Shown here: piece by piece, positions 25,822 through 34,246 of the stretch
Numbering within the stretch: position 1 is the first letter of the stretch
Layout: each line of letters starts with the position of its first letter
Assembly: GCA_964590095.1 (NCBI GenBank)
Contig: CAZPYW010000001.1
Coordinates: 1 to 47,205, forward strand
DNA from: an uncultured Oscillospiraceae bacterium
Lineage (GTDB): Bacteria > Bacillota > Clostridia > Oscillospirales > Oscillospiraceae
DNA: 47,205 nt
Reading direction: 5' to 3'
Notes under the pieces: model-generated
Seen by the model: the letters and a program-made list of their open reading frames with translations, nothing else
What the model was told of the DNA's origin: nothing
The model's database searches: none
Position numbers and translations under genes: made by a program

Positions 25822-28095
25822 ATGGAAAGCTACATAGGAAGACTTTTGGACGATCGATACGAAATACTGGAGATGATCGGCTCCGGCGGGATGGCAGTGG
25901 TCTATAAGGCGCGCTGCAACCGTCTGAACCGGCTCGTCGCCATTAAGATACTGAAAACTGAGCTGTCCAAGGACGAGGAATTCCGCCGCCGCTTCCATGC
26001 CGAGTCGCAGGCGGTTGCCATGCTCTCACACCCCAATATTGTCTCGGTCTATGACGTGTCGCACTCAGACAACGTGGATTATATCGTCATGGAGCTGATC
26101 GAGGGCATCACTCTCAGACAGTATATGGAGCAGAAGAAGGTGCTGAACTGGCGCGAGGCGCTGCATTTTGCCATGCAGATCGCCAAGGCGATGGAGCACG
26201 CGCACAGCCGCGGCATCATCCACCGCGACATCAAGCCCCACAACATCATGATCCTCAAGGACGGGAGCGTCAAGGTCGCTGACTTTGGCATCGCGCAGAT
26301 CTCATCGGCGCAGAATACGCTGACGCGTGAGGCGCTGGGCTCGGTACACTATATTTCGCCCGAGCAGGCGCGCGGCGCGCATGTGGACGCGCGAAGCGAT
26401 CTGTATTCTCTGGGCGTTGTCCTGTATGAGATGCTGACCGGACGGCCGCCGTTTGACGGCGATTCGCCGGTGTCCGTTGCCATCCAGCACATCAATGCAA
26501 CGGCGGCGCTCCCGCGCTCGATCAATCCGTCCATTCCGCTGGGGCTTGAGCAGATCACCATGCATGCCATGACGGCTGATCTGGATAAGCGCTATGAAAG
26601 TGCGACACAGATGCTGGCCGATCTCGAGGAATTCCGCAAAAATCCAAACATCACCTTTGATTTCTCGCGTCCGCGCGATGATGTGGACTTTACCAGACTG
26701 CTGCACCAGCCGACGTACCATCGGGAGCAGACTGCCTCGACGCGTAAAAGCCGTCTGCCCGAGCAGGATGCGCCGCCGCAGACGCATCCGTCGCCCACAG
26801 CCGCGCGTGACCGCGCGCAGAAGGCAAGCCGGACGGCAGTGATTGCGGGCATCGTCTGCATTGCGCTGGCGCTGCTGGGAATCTTCTATTTCCTGTACAG
26901 CTATTTCTTCTCAGACCTGTTTTCCCGCACCGAGGAGGACGTTGTCCCCAATTTCCTTGGACTGTACTATGAGGACATCGACCCCAACCAGTACCCGAAT
27001 TTCAGCATTGAGATCCGCGACTGGAAGACGAGCGACGTATATGAGATGGGCTATGTGATCGACCAGACACCGGTCGGCAACCGCACGGCCAAGGTCGGCA
27101 CCACCATTCAGCTGACGATCTCAGCTGGTGCTGACAGCATCAACATGCCGAATCTGATCAACGCCTCGCTGCAAAGCGCGCTTTCGATGCTGGGCAGCAT
27201 GTCTGTAGACGTTGAGACGGAAACGGTCTATCAGCCAAGCGATGTCTACACCGACGGCTATATCATCAGCACTGACCCCGTCTACGGCGAGCCGCTGCGC
27301 GAGGGGCAGACGGTCATTCTGTACGTCAGCCAGGGCGCGCAGGATATGCTGGTGCCGGTGCCGTCGCTGGTTGGACTGGACGTGGAGTCGGCGGCAAAGC
27401 TGATCACCGACGCGGGACTGATCGTGGGAAGCTCGCTCGCGGTGGACAGCGATTTGCAGGAGGGAACGGTCACGTTCCAGAGCATCGAACCCGAGGAAAT
27501 GGTCAAAAAGGGGACGGTCATCAATTTGCAGATATCCAAGGGGCCGGTCAAGGCGGCTGTGCCCGAGGTCACGTTCCTCTCTGACGATCAGGTCGCGTTT
27601 GTGGGCGACAGTCTGGTCGTGGTTGCAGAGGCAGAGAGCGAGGATGACGGCGTACTGACCTATGCGTGGTATATGTCTGCCAACGGCAGCACCGATGATG
27701 CACAGCTGGTTTCGCCCAGCTCTGAGCGCAATACCAGCTGCGTGGTCGATACCACCGTGGCCGGAACCTATTACTACTTCTGCCGCATCGTCAACACGCT
27801 GGGCGAGGAGTCTGAGTTTACGTATTCCGACATGATCCGCGTGATCGTGGAGGAAAACATTGCGCTGACCGAGAAGGACATCATTGTCCAGATGCCGTCG
27901 AGCTCCGGCCGGTATCTGGTTGCGGTGTACGTTGAGGATGAGCAGTGCATTGCACCCTTTACAGTCAATATGGACACGCATCCCGACAGCACGATCACGC
28001 TGACGGTCAGCGGAAGTGGGGTGCAGATGGTTCATATCTTTGTTGACGGTCAGGAATATGACAGTCAGCTGATCGATTTTGATACGGTAGGTTGA
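25822..28095 (+). CDS. pknB: PASTA-domain Ser/Thr kinase (Stk1/PrkC/PknB)
   Basis: 757 aa; IGSGGMAVVY, VAIK, HRDIKPHN, DFGIA, GSVHYISPEQA; TM; three PASTA repeats (VPNF.G, MPNL, VPSLVG); Ig-like C-terminal region. Confidence 0.95.
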   Translation: MESYIGRLLDDRYEILEMIGSGGMAVVYKARCNRLNRLVAIKILKTELSKDEEFRRRFHAESQAVAMLSHPNIVSVYDVSHSDNVDYIVMELIEGITLRQYMEQKKVLNWREALHFAMQIAKAMEHAHSRGIIHRDIKPHNIMILKDGSVKVADFGIAQISSAQNTLTREALGSVHYISPEQARGAHVDARSDLYSLGVVLYEMLTGRPPFDGDSPVSVAIQHINATAALPRSINPSIPLGLEQITMHAMTADLDKRYESATQMLADLEEFRKNPNITFDFSRPRDDVDFTRLLHQPTYHREQTASTRKSRLPEQDAPPQTHPSPTAARDRAQKASRTAVIAGIVCIALALLGIFYFLYSYFFSDLFSRTEEDVVPNFLGLYYEDIDPNQYPNFSIEIRDWKTSDVYEMGYVIDQTPVGNRTAKVGTTIQLTISAGADSINMPNLINASLQSALSMLGSMSVDVETETVYQPSDVYTDGYIISTDPVYGEPLREGQTVILYVSQGAQDMLVPVPSLVGLDVESAAKLITDAGLIVGSSLAVDSDLQEGTVTFQSIEPEEMVKKGTVINLQISKGPVKAAVPEVTFLSDDQVAFVGDSLVVVAEAESEDDGVLTYAWYMSANGSTDDAQLVSPSSERNTSCVVDTTVAGTYYYFCRIVNTLGEESEFTYSDMIRVIVEENIALTEKDIIVQMPSSSGRYLVAVYVEDEQCIAPFTVNMDTHPDSTITLTVSGSGVQMVHIFVDGQEYDSQLIDFDTVG

Positions 28096-28097
28096 GC

Positions 28098-28976
28098 ATG
28101 AGCGAATATCGCATTGTCAAAGCACTGAGCGGTTTTTATTACGTGGAAACGGAAAACGGCGTGGTAGAATGCCGCGCACGCGGCCGCTTCCGCAAAGAGG
28201 GGCTTTCGCCGCTGGTCGGGGATTTTGTCACGATCACGGTGGATGCTAATGGCAAGGGCACGATCGAAACGATTTTGCCGCGCCAGAATGCCTTTGTCCG
28301 GCCTGCGGTTGCAAACGTCGGGCTGCTGGTGGTGCTGGCCTCGTGCGCAATTCCCGAGACCGAGCCGTTTTTGCTAGACCGCATTCTTGCCGTGGCTGCG
28401 CGGCAGAATGTCCCTGTGCTGATCTGCGTCAATAAGGACGATCTTGCATCCGGCGAGCGTCTGCGACGCATCTATGCGCATGCCGGCTATCCGGTGCTGT
28501 GCACCAGCGCCGTGACCGGTGCCGGTATCGATGCGCTGCGGCAGCAGATTGCGGGAAAGCTGGCCGTTTTTACCGGAAATTCCGGCGTTGGAAAAAGCAG
28601 TATCCTGAATGCGCTTTCGCCCGAGCTGGCGCTTTCTGTTGGCGAGGTGTCGCAGAAGCTTGGCCGCGGGCGGCATACCACGCGCCATATTGAGCTGTTC
28701 CATCTGGCTGACGGCTACGCGGCAGATACGCCCGGGTTTTCCTCCTTCGACTCTGAACAGGAGGCGCCGCTGCGCAAGGAGGAATTGCAGTATGATTTTG
28801 TGGACTTTGCGCCGTATCTTGGCAGGTGCCAGTTCCACGACTGCGCGCACCTGAAAGAGCCCTGCTGTGCCGTGCGCGCGGCGCTGGCCGCAGGCGAGCT
28901 GGAGCAGACGCGCTATGACAGCTACGTCAGGCTCTATGAGATCGCAAAGGAACACAAGGACTGGGAACTGAGGTAA
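28098..28976 (+). CDS. rsgA: Ribosome small subunit-dependent GTPase A
   Basis: 292 aa; NKDD, GNSGVGKSS, GRHTT, DTPGF, C..HDC.H..EP.C; alternative TTG start at 28092. Confidence 0.95.
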   Translation: MSEYRIVKALSGFYYVETENGVVECRARGRFRKEGLSPLVGDFVTITVDANGKGTIETILPRQNAFVRPAVANVGLLVVLASCAIPETEPFLLDRILAVAARQNVPVLICVNKDDLASGERLRRIYAHAGYPVLCTSAVTGAGIDALRQQIAGKLAVFTGNSGVGKSSILNALSPELALSVGEVSQKLGRGRHTTRHIELFHLADGYAADTPGFSSFDSEQEAPLRKEELQYDFVDFAPYLGRCQFHDCAHLKEPCCAVRAALAAGELEQTRYDSYVRLYEIAKEHKDWELR

Positions 28977-29002
28977 AACGTGCCGCCGAAAGGCGGCACG
29001 TT
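28977..29002 (+). terminator. Terminator-like hairpin ending the housekeeping run
   Basis: AACGTGCCGCC-GAAA-GGCGGCACGTT; weak T-tract. Confidence 0.65.
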
Positions 29003-29043
29003 GTGCATTTTGATCGGTGTGTTTACGAAATCGAAACGGATTT

Positions 29044-29075
29044 TTCAGCGTCTGTTCAGCTTCTTTTGTTAGAAT
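29044..29075 (+). promoter_or_regulatory. Candidate OmpR/PhoB-type binding site and extended -10 (autoregulated promoter)
   Basis: Direct repeat TTCAGC-N5-TTCAGC (11-bp period) in place of a -35, then TGnTAGAAT. Confidence 0.6.
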
Positions 29076-29106
29076 AACGTCATAATTCAAAATGGGGGGA
29101 CTGGCT

Positions 29107-29781
29107 GTGAAAATACTGGTGATTGAGGACGAGGTACTGCTGGCCGATTCAATCAGAGCCCTGCTCAGTGCCAAGGGCTTTACCGTTGAGTGCGTCTATG
29201 ACGGCGAGGACGGCGCAGCCTACGCTGAGACCGGCGTGTATGATCTTCTGATTCTGGATGTGATGATGCCCAAAATGAACGGCTTTGAGGTCGCGCGCAG
29301 GGTGCGTGCCGAGCGATGCACAACGCCGATTTTAATGCTGACGGCAAAGTCCGAGGTCGAGGATGAGATCGAGGGACTAAACGCCGGTGCAGATTATTAT
29401 CTGACCAAGCCCTTTGACAGCCGCAAGCTGCTTGCCTGCATCAATGCGCTGCTGCGGCGGCAGGGTGCGCAGGTAAACGAGCTTGTGCTGGGCAACACAG
29501 CGCTGGATCTGTCCAGCTGTACGCTCAGCTGCGGCCAGATGCGCGTGCGCCTGTCGGCCAAGGAATTTGACGTGATGCGCTTTTTGATGGCATCAAGAGG
29601 GCAGATCGTACCAAAGGAAATGATCCTCTGCCGTGTCTGGGGCTTTGATTCAAATGCTGTTGGCAACAACGTTGAGGTCTACATCGGCCTGCTGCGCAGA
29701 AAGCTGGCGCACATCGGCTCAAACATCCGCATTGAGGCCGTCAGACGGCTGGGCTATGTGATGGAGGCAGGAGAGGCATGA
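29107..29781 (+). CDS. OmpR/PhoB-family response regulator
   Basis: 224 aa, GTG start; KILVIEDE, LDVMMP, LTAK, GADYYLTKPF, winged-helix C-terminus. Confidence 0.93.
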   Translation: MKILVIEDEVLLADSIRALLSAKGFTVECVYDGEDGAAYAETGVYDLLILDVMMPKMNGFEVARRVRAERCTTPILMLTAKSEVEDEIEGLNAGADYYLTKPFDSRKLLACINALLRRQGAQVNELVLGNTALDLSSCTLSCGQMRVRLSAKEFDVMRFLMASRGQIVPKEMILCRVWGFDSNAVGNNVEVYIGLLRRKLAHIGSNIRIEAVRRLGYVMEAGEA

Positions 29782-30986
29782 TCAGACGCCTGAAAATCAA
29801 GTTTGTTGCCATCAATATGGTCATGGTGACGATCATGCTGTGTGTGATCTTTGGTCTGGTTTACAACTTTACACGCGCCAATCTGGAAAATGAGAGCATC
29901 AGCATGATGAAAAGCATTGCTGCTGACCCCTTCCAGATGGGCGCGCCGAATGAGCCGTCGTCACAGCTGCGGCTGCCGTATTTTACGTTGCAGCTGGGGT
30001 TTGGCGGGGAGCTGACCGCGACGGGCGGCGGGTACTATGACCTTTCTGACCGTGCGTTTTTGAAGGAGCTGATCGACGAGTCGCTGGGAAGCAGACGGCA
30101 GACCGGCGTGATCGAGGCACATGACCTGCGTTTTTGCCGCGCCAGCACGCCGAAGGGAACCATTCTGGTCTTTGCGGACATGTCCAGTGAGAAAAGCACG
30201 CTGCAAAACCTGCTGAAAAGCTCGATTTTGATCGGCGTGTTCAGCTTTCTGGTGTTTCTGGGTATCAGCATCTTTCTTTCGCACTGGGCGGTCAAGCCCG
30301 TTGCGGCCGCATGGAAGCAGCAGCGGCAGTTTGTGGCCGACGCGTCGCATGAGCTGAAAACGCCGCTCACAGTCATCATGACGAATGCAGATATGCTGGA
30401 AAGCGGCGAATATGACGCACAGGAGCAGAAAAACCTCTCAAAAAACATCCTGCTGATGTCACAGCAGATGAAGCTTCTGGTCGAGGAGCTGCTGGAGCTT
30501 GCGCGCTCAGACGCCGGTCAGGTCAAACAGCAAATGTGTGAGCTTGACCTGAGCAGTCTGACGCTGGACACCGTGATCTCCTTTGAGGGCGTGTTTGCCG
30601 ACAGAGGCGAATGCCTTTCCAGCAGCATTGAGCCGGATATCACCGTAAACGGAAACGGACAGGCGCTGGGGCGCGTAATTGAAATTCTCCTGGACAACGC
30701 GCAGAAATATGCGCTTGCTGGCACGGAAAGCACGCTGATGCTGCGCAGCAGCACGCAGGGCTGCTGTCAGCTGCGTGTTGCAAGCCACGGCGAAACGCTT
30801 TCTCCCGATGAGCTGGAGAAGATATTCCGCCGCTTTTACCGCCGCGATGCGGCAAGAAGCCGTGATGGCAGCTTTGGTCTGGGACTTTCCATTGCACAGA
30901 GCATTGTGATGCAGCACGGCGGGAAAATCTGGGCAGAGAGCAGCGACGGCGTGAATACGTTTATCGTCGAACTGAAAAAAGCATAA
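29778..30986 (+). CDS. Sensor histidine kinase
   Basis: 402 aa; two TM segments, H-box FVADASHELKTPL, N-box LLDNAQKY, IFRRFYR, FGLGLSIA. Confidence 0.93.
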   Translation: MIRRLKIKFVAINMVMVTIMLCVIFGLVYNFTRANLENESISMMKSIAADPFQMGAPNEPSSQLRLPYFTLQLGFGGELTATGGGYYDLSDRAFLKELIDESLGSRRQTGVIEAHDLRFCRASTPKGTILVFADMSSEKSTLQNLLKSSILIGVFSFLVFLGISIFLSHWAVKPVAAAWKQQRQFVADASHELKTPLTVIMTNADMLESGEYDAQEQKNLSKNILLMSQQMKLLVEELLELARSDAGQVKQQMCELDLSSLTLDTVISFEGVFADRGECLSSSIEPDITVNGNGQALGRVIEILLDNAQKYALAGTESTLMLRSSTQGCCQLRVASHGETLSPDELEKIFRRFYRRDAARSRDGSFGLGLSIAQSIVMQHGGKIWAESSDGVNTFIVELKKA

Positions 30987-30989
30987 TCG

Positions 30990-31058
30990 TGGGCGCGCCT
31001 TACAAAAGGCGCGCCCAACTTACAGCTGCGGCAGCGAAAGCACATGCTTTCGCTGCCG
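30990..31058. terminator. Two tandem hairpins between the convergent kinase and nadE genes
   Basis: TGGGCGCGCCTT-ACAA-AAGGCGCGCCCA (30990-31017) and CGGCAGCGAAAGC-ACAT-GCTTTCGCTGCCG (31029-31058); no good T-tracts. Confidence 0.55.
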
Positions 31059-31073
31059 TGTGATCAGATTGTG

Positions 31074-32984
31074 TTACAGCGTTTCCAGCTCGGCCTGCCA
31101 TACGGCGGCACATGCATCGCTTGGCATCCGCCAGTCGCCGCGCGGTGAAAGCGTGACCGAACCGACCTTGGGGCCGTCGGGCAGACAGCTGCGCTTAAAC
31201 TGCTGCTGGAAGAAGCGGCGGTAGAAGTTTTTCAGCCAGTGCAGCAGAACTGCATCGGTATAGCGCCCCTGCATGGCATGGCGCGCCAGACGATAGATCT
31301 TGGCGGGGGAGAAGCCATAGCGCAGGACGTAGTAGAGATAAAAATCATGCAGCTCATACGGGCCGACAAGGGACTCGGTCTGCTGCGCGATCTCGCCGCT
31401 CTCATTGGCGGGGAGCAGCTCGGGACTGACCGGCGTGTCCAGAATGTCCAGCAGGACGTCGCGCAGCGCTGCGGTTGCGGCATGCTCTGCCTCATATTGG
31501 ACAATGTGGCGTACCAGCGTCTTGGGGACGCCGGCGTTGACGCCGTACATACTCATATGGTCGCCGTTATACGTTGCCCAGCCCAGCGCCAGCTCACTCA
31601 GATCGCCTGTGCCGATGACAAGACCGCCTGTCCGGTTGGCAAGATCCATCAGCGTCAGCGTGCGCACACGCGCCTGTGCGTTTTCAAATGTCACATCCAG
31701 CACATCCTCGCGCTGGCCGATGTCGGTAAAGTGTCTGCGGACGGTGTCGGCAATGGGAATCTCGCGGAATGTGACGCCAAGCTCGTCGCAGAGGATTTCG
31801 GCATTCGAGCGCGTGCGCTTTGTCGTGCCAAAGCACGGCATGGTCACGGCCAGAATATCCGTGGCCGGACGCGCAAGCTGCTGCATCGCGCGAACCGCCA
31901 CCAGAAGCGCCAGACAGCTGTCGAGACCGCCGGAAATGCCGATCACGGCAGTTTTGGCATGCGCATGCGCCATCCGGCGGGCAAGGCCGGTGGCCTGAAT
32001 GGCAAGAATGCGCTCACAGCGCTCGTTTCGTGCGCGCGCGCCATCGGGGACGAACGGCATGGGCGAGAGGGGCTGCGTCAACGTCACCTCGCGCAGCGGC
32101 AGCGTAAACTCGACCGTTTCATAGCCGATTTCGTCGGGAACAAAGCTTGTGCTGCGGCAGCGCTCGGCGCAGAGCTTTTCCAGATCGATCTCGGCAGCTG
32201 CAAGTCCGCACGCAAACGGCTCGGCCTCAGCCACGATCGTGCCGTTTTCCGCGATCAGATCGTGTGACGAGAACACCATGTCGGTGGTGGACTCGCCGCA
32301 GCCTGCGTCGGCATAGAGATAGGCACAGAGCAGGCGCGCCGACTGCTGCGAGACAAGCGCGCGGCGGTATGCGGCCTTGCCGACGGTCTCATCGCTGGCC
32401 GAAAGATTGGCGATGACGGTTGCACCGGCCAGCGCGTGGTGTGTGCTGGGAGGCAGAGGCGCCCAGAGATCCTCACAGATCTCGGCTGCAAGCGTGAACG
32501 CGGGCAGCGTGCTGCACCGGAAGAGCAGCTTCGCGCCAAAGCGCGTAGCCTGTCCGGCAAAGTGATGCGGATACACGCCGTCGGGTGCGGGGGAGAAATG
32601 ACGGCGCTCATAGAATTCACCGTAATTCGGAATGATGCTTTTGGGGACAAGACCAAGCAGCGAGCCATGACAGAACACAGCTGCGCAGTTATAGAGCTTT
32701 GCGCGGAACAGGACAGGCAGACCGACAACAAAGACGGTGTCCAGCATACTGCTTTCGCGCAGGAGCATGACCAGTGCGTCCTCTGCCGCCTTTTGCAGCG
32801 GCTGCTGCAAAAAGAGATCACCACAGGTGTAGCCGCAAAGTCCCAGCTCGGGGAAGACGGCCAGCTGTGCGCCGCTTTCGGCGGCAGTGCGCATGGCATC
32901 AAGCGTTGCCTGCGCGTTATAGGGGCAGTCTGCCACGCGCAGCGCGGGGGACACGGTGCAGACCCTGATAAAACCGTTTTTCAT
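31074..32984 (-). CDS. nadE: Glutamine-dependent NAD+ synthetase
   Basis: 636 aa; nitrilase-like domain (FPEL, PK..IPNYGEFYE.R, EICEDLW) plus synthetase domain (GISGGLDS, ENAQAR, GTGDLSE, QQFKRSC). Confidence 0.96.
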   Translation of the reverse strand: MKNGFIRVCTVSPALRVADCPYNAQATLDAMRTAAESGAQLAVFPELGLCGYTCGDLFLQQPLQKAAEDALVMLLRESSMLDTVFVVGLPVLFRAKLYNCAAVFCHGSLLGLVPKSIIPNYGEFYERRHFSPAPDGVYPHHFAGQATRFGAKLLFRCSTLPAFTLAAEICEDLWAPLPPSTHHALAGATVIANLSASDETVGKAAYRRALVSQQSARLLCAYLYADAGCGESTTDMVFSSHDLIAENGTIVAEAEPFACGLAAAEIDLEKLCAERCRSTSFVPDEIGYETVEFTLPLREVTLTQPLSPMPFVPDGARARNERCERILAIQATGLARRMAHAHAKTAVIGISGGLDSCLALLVAVRAMQQLARPATDILAVTMPCFGTTKRTRSNAEILCDELGVTFREIPIADTVRRHFTDIGQREDVLDVTFENAQARVRTLTLMDLANRTGGLVIGTGDLSELALGWATYNGDHMSMYGVNAGVPKTLVRHIVQYEAEHAATAALRDVLLDILDTPVSPELLPANESGEIAQQTESLVGPYELHDFYLYYVLRYGFSPAKIYRLARHAMQGRYTDAVLLHWLKNFYRRFFQQQFKRSCLPDGPKVGSVTLSPRGDWRMPSDACAAVWQAELETL

Positions 32985-33034
32985 GAAGATTTCTCCTCTT
33001 TTGCTGCCCTGCGCGCGGCGGGGCGATTTTTTAT

Positions 33035-33064
33035 ATCATACCACAAACTCCCGCTGCCAGACAA
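33035..33064 (-). promoter_or_regulatory. Candidate nadE promoter
   Basis: Minus strand TTGTCT-18 nt-TATGAT with extended TG. Confidence 0.5.
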
Positions 33065-33078
33065 GAGGATACTTTCAC

Positions 33079-33107
33079 TTGATGGCAGAAAAAGACTGTG
33101 TTAGAAT
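33079..33107 (+). promoter_or_regulatory. Candidate promoter for the XRE-membrane gene
   Basis: TTGATG-17 nt-TAGAAT with extended TG. Confidence 0.5.
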
Positions 33108-33250
33108 AGAAACCTGGACGGGATTTTCGGCGGTTGCGGCGCAAAAAGCAAAACGCAGCCGCAGGTTGACAGATTTAATGGCGCGCTTTCTGGTGCGCAA
33201 CCGGAAAAAGCGGTAAAATGCAGACAGAAACAGGAATGGAGGAACAAATG

Positions 33251-34246
33251 ATGATCCTTGCAGACAAAATCATCTCTCTGCGCAAAAAGTCCGGTTGGTC
33301 ACAGGAGGAGCTGGCACAGCAGCTGAATGTGACGCGGCAGTCGGTTTCCAAGTGGGAGGGCGCGCAGTCAACGCCCGATCTGGATAAGGTTGTGCAGATG
33401 AGCCGCCTGTTTGGCGTCAGCACCGACTATCTGTTAAAGGACGAGCTGGAGGAGCAGGAGACTGCGCCGGTTGGCGCTGTCGAGCCTGAACTGCGCCGCG
33501 TGAGCATGGAAGAGGCCGCGCAGTATCTGACGCTTCGCCGTGAGGCAGCGCCGAAGATGGCGTTGGCAACTTTTTTATGTGTGCTTTCGCCCATTACGCT
33601 GATTTTGATGGCGGGGCTGAGCGAGCTTACGGGCTTTGGCCTCAGCGAAAACGCGGCGGTCGGCATCGGCCTTTGCGTGCTGCTGGTTCTGGTGGCAGCG
33701 GCTGTTGCGATTTTTATCACAAGCGGCGCAAAGAGCCGTGAATTTCAGTTTTTAGAGGAAGAAAGCTTTGAAACCGCGTATGGCGTAAGCAGCATGGTCA
33801 AAGAGCGTCAGCGCGCCTTTGCGCCGACGGCAACGCGGCTGAACACCATCGGGACGGTGCCCTGTATTCTTTCAGTCGTGCCGCTGTTTCTCTCAATCTG
33901 CTTTAGCGCGGCGGATATCGTGTATATCGGTGCGGTCTGCATCCTGCTGTTTCTGGTGGCGCTGGCGTGTCTTGCATTTGTCTATTGCGGGACGATCAGC
34001 GGGGCAATGGAAAAGCTGCTGGAGGAAGGCGACTACAGCCGTACACGCAAGGCAAGCAATCGCGTTTTTCACGCGGTAACGGTTTGCTACTGGCTGGTGG
34101 CGACGGCGGTCTTCTTCCTTTACACCTTTGGCCCCAGCGGAAATGGAAAGCCAGAGCACAGCTGGTTCATCTGGGCCATCGCAGGTGTGCTGTATGGCGC
34201 ACTGGCGGCAGTTCTCCGCGTGGTTGCGCGCGGAAAAGACCGGTAA
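33251..34246 (+). CDS. XRE-family HTH regulator fused to a multi-pass membrane domain
   Basis: About 331 aa (ATG 33248 also possible); LRKKSGWSQEELA..LNVTRQSVSKWE..STPD..STDYLL; about six hydrophobic segments in three pairs. Confidence 0.88.
   Translation: MILADKIISLRKKSGWSQEELAQQLNVTRQSVSKWEGAQSTPDLDKVVQMSRLFGVSTDYLLKDELEEQETAPVGAVEPELRRVSMEEAAQYLTLRREAAPKMALATFLCVLSPITLILMAGLSELTGFGLSENAAVGIGLCVLLVLVAAAVAIFITSGAKSREFQFLEEESFETAYGVSSMVKERQRAFAPTATRLNTIGTVPCILSVVPLFLSICFSAADIVYIGAVCILLFLVALACLAFVYCGTISGAMEKLLEEGDYSRTRKASNRVFHAVTVCYWLVATAVFFLYTFGPSGNGKPEHSWFIWAIAGVLYGALAAVLRVVARGKDR

Noticed and set aside
32985-33030. NAD+ riboswitch upstream of nadE
   Set aside because: The predicted leader is only about 45 nt with one GC hairpin, too short for a known aptamer
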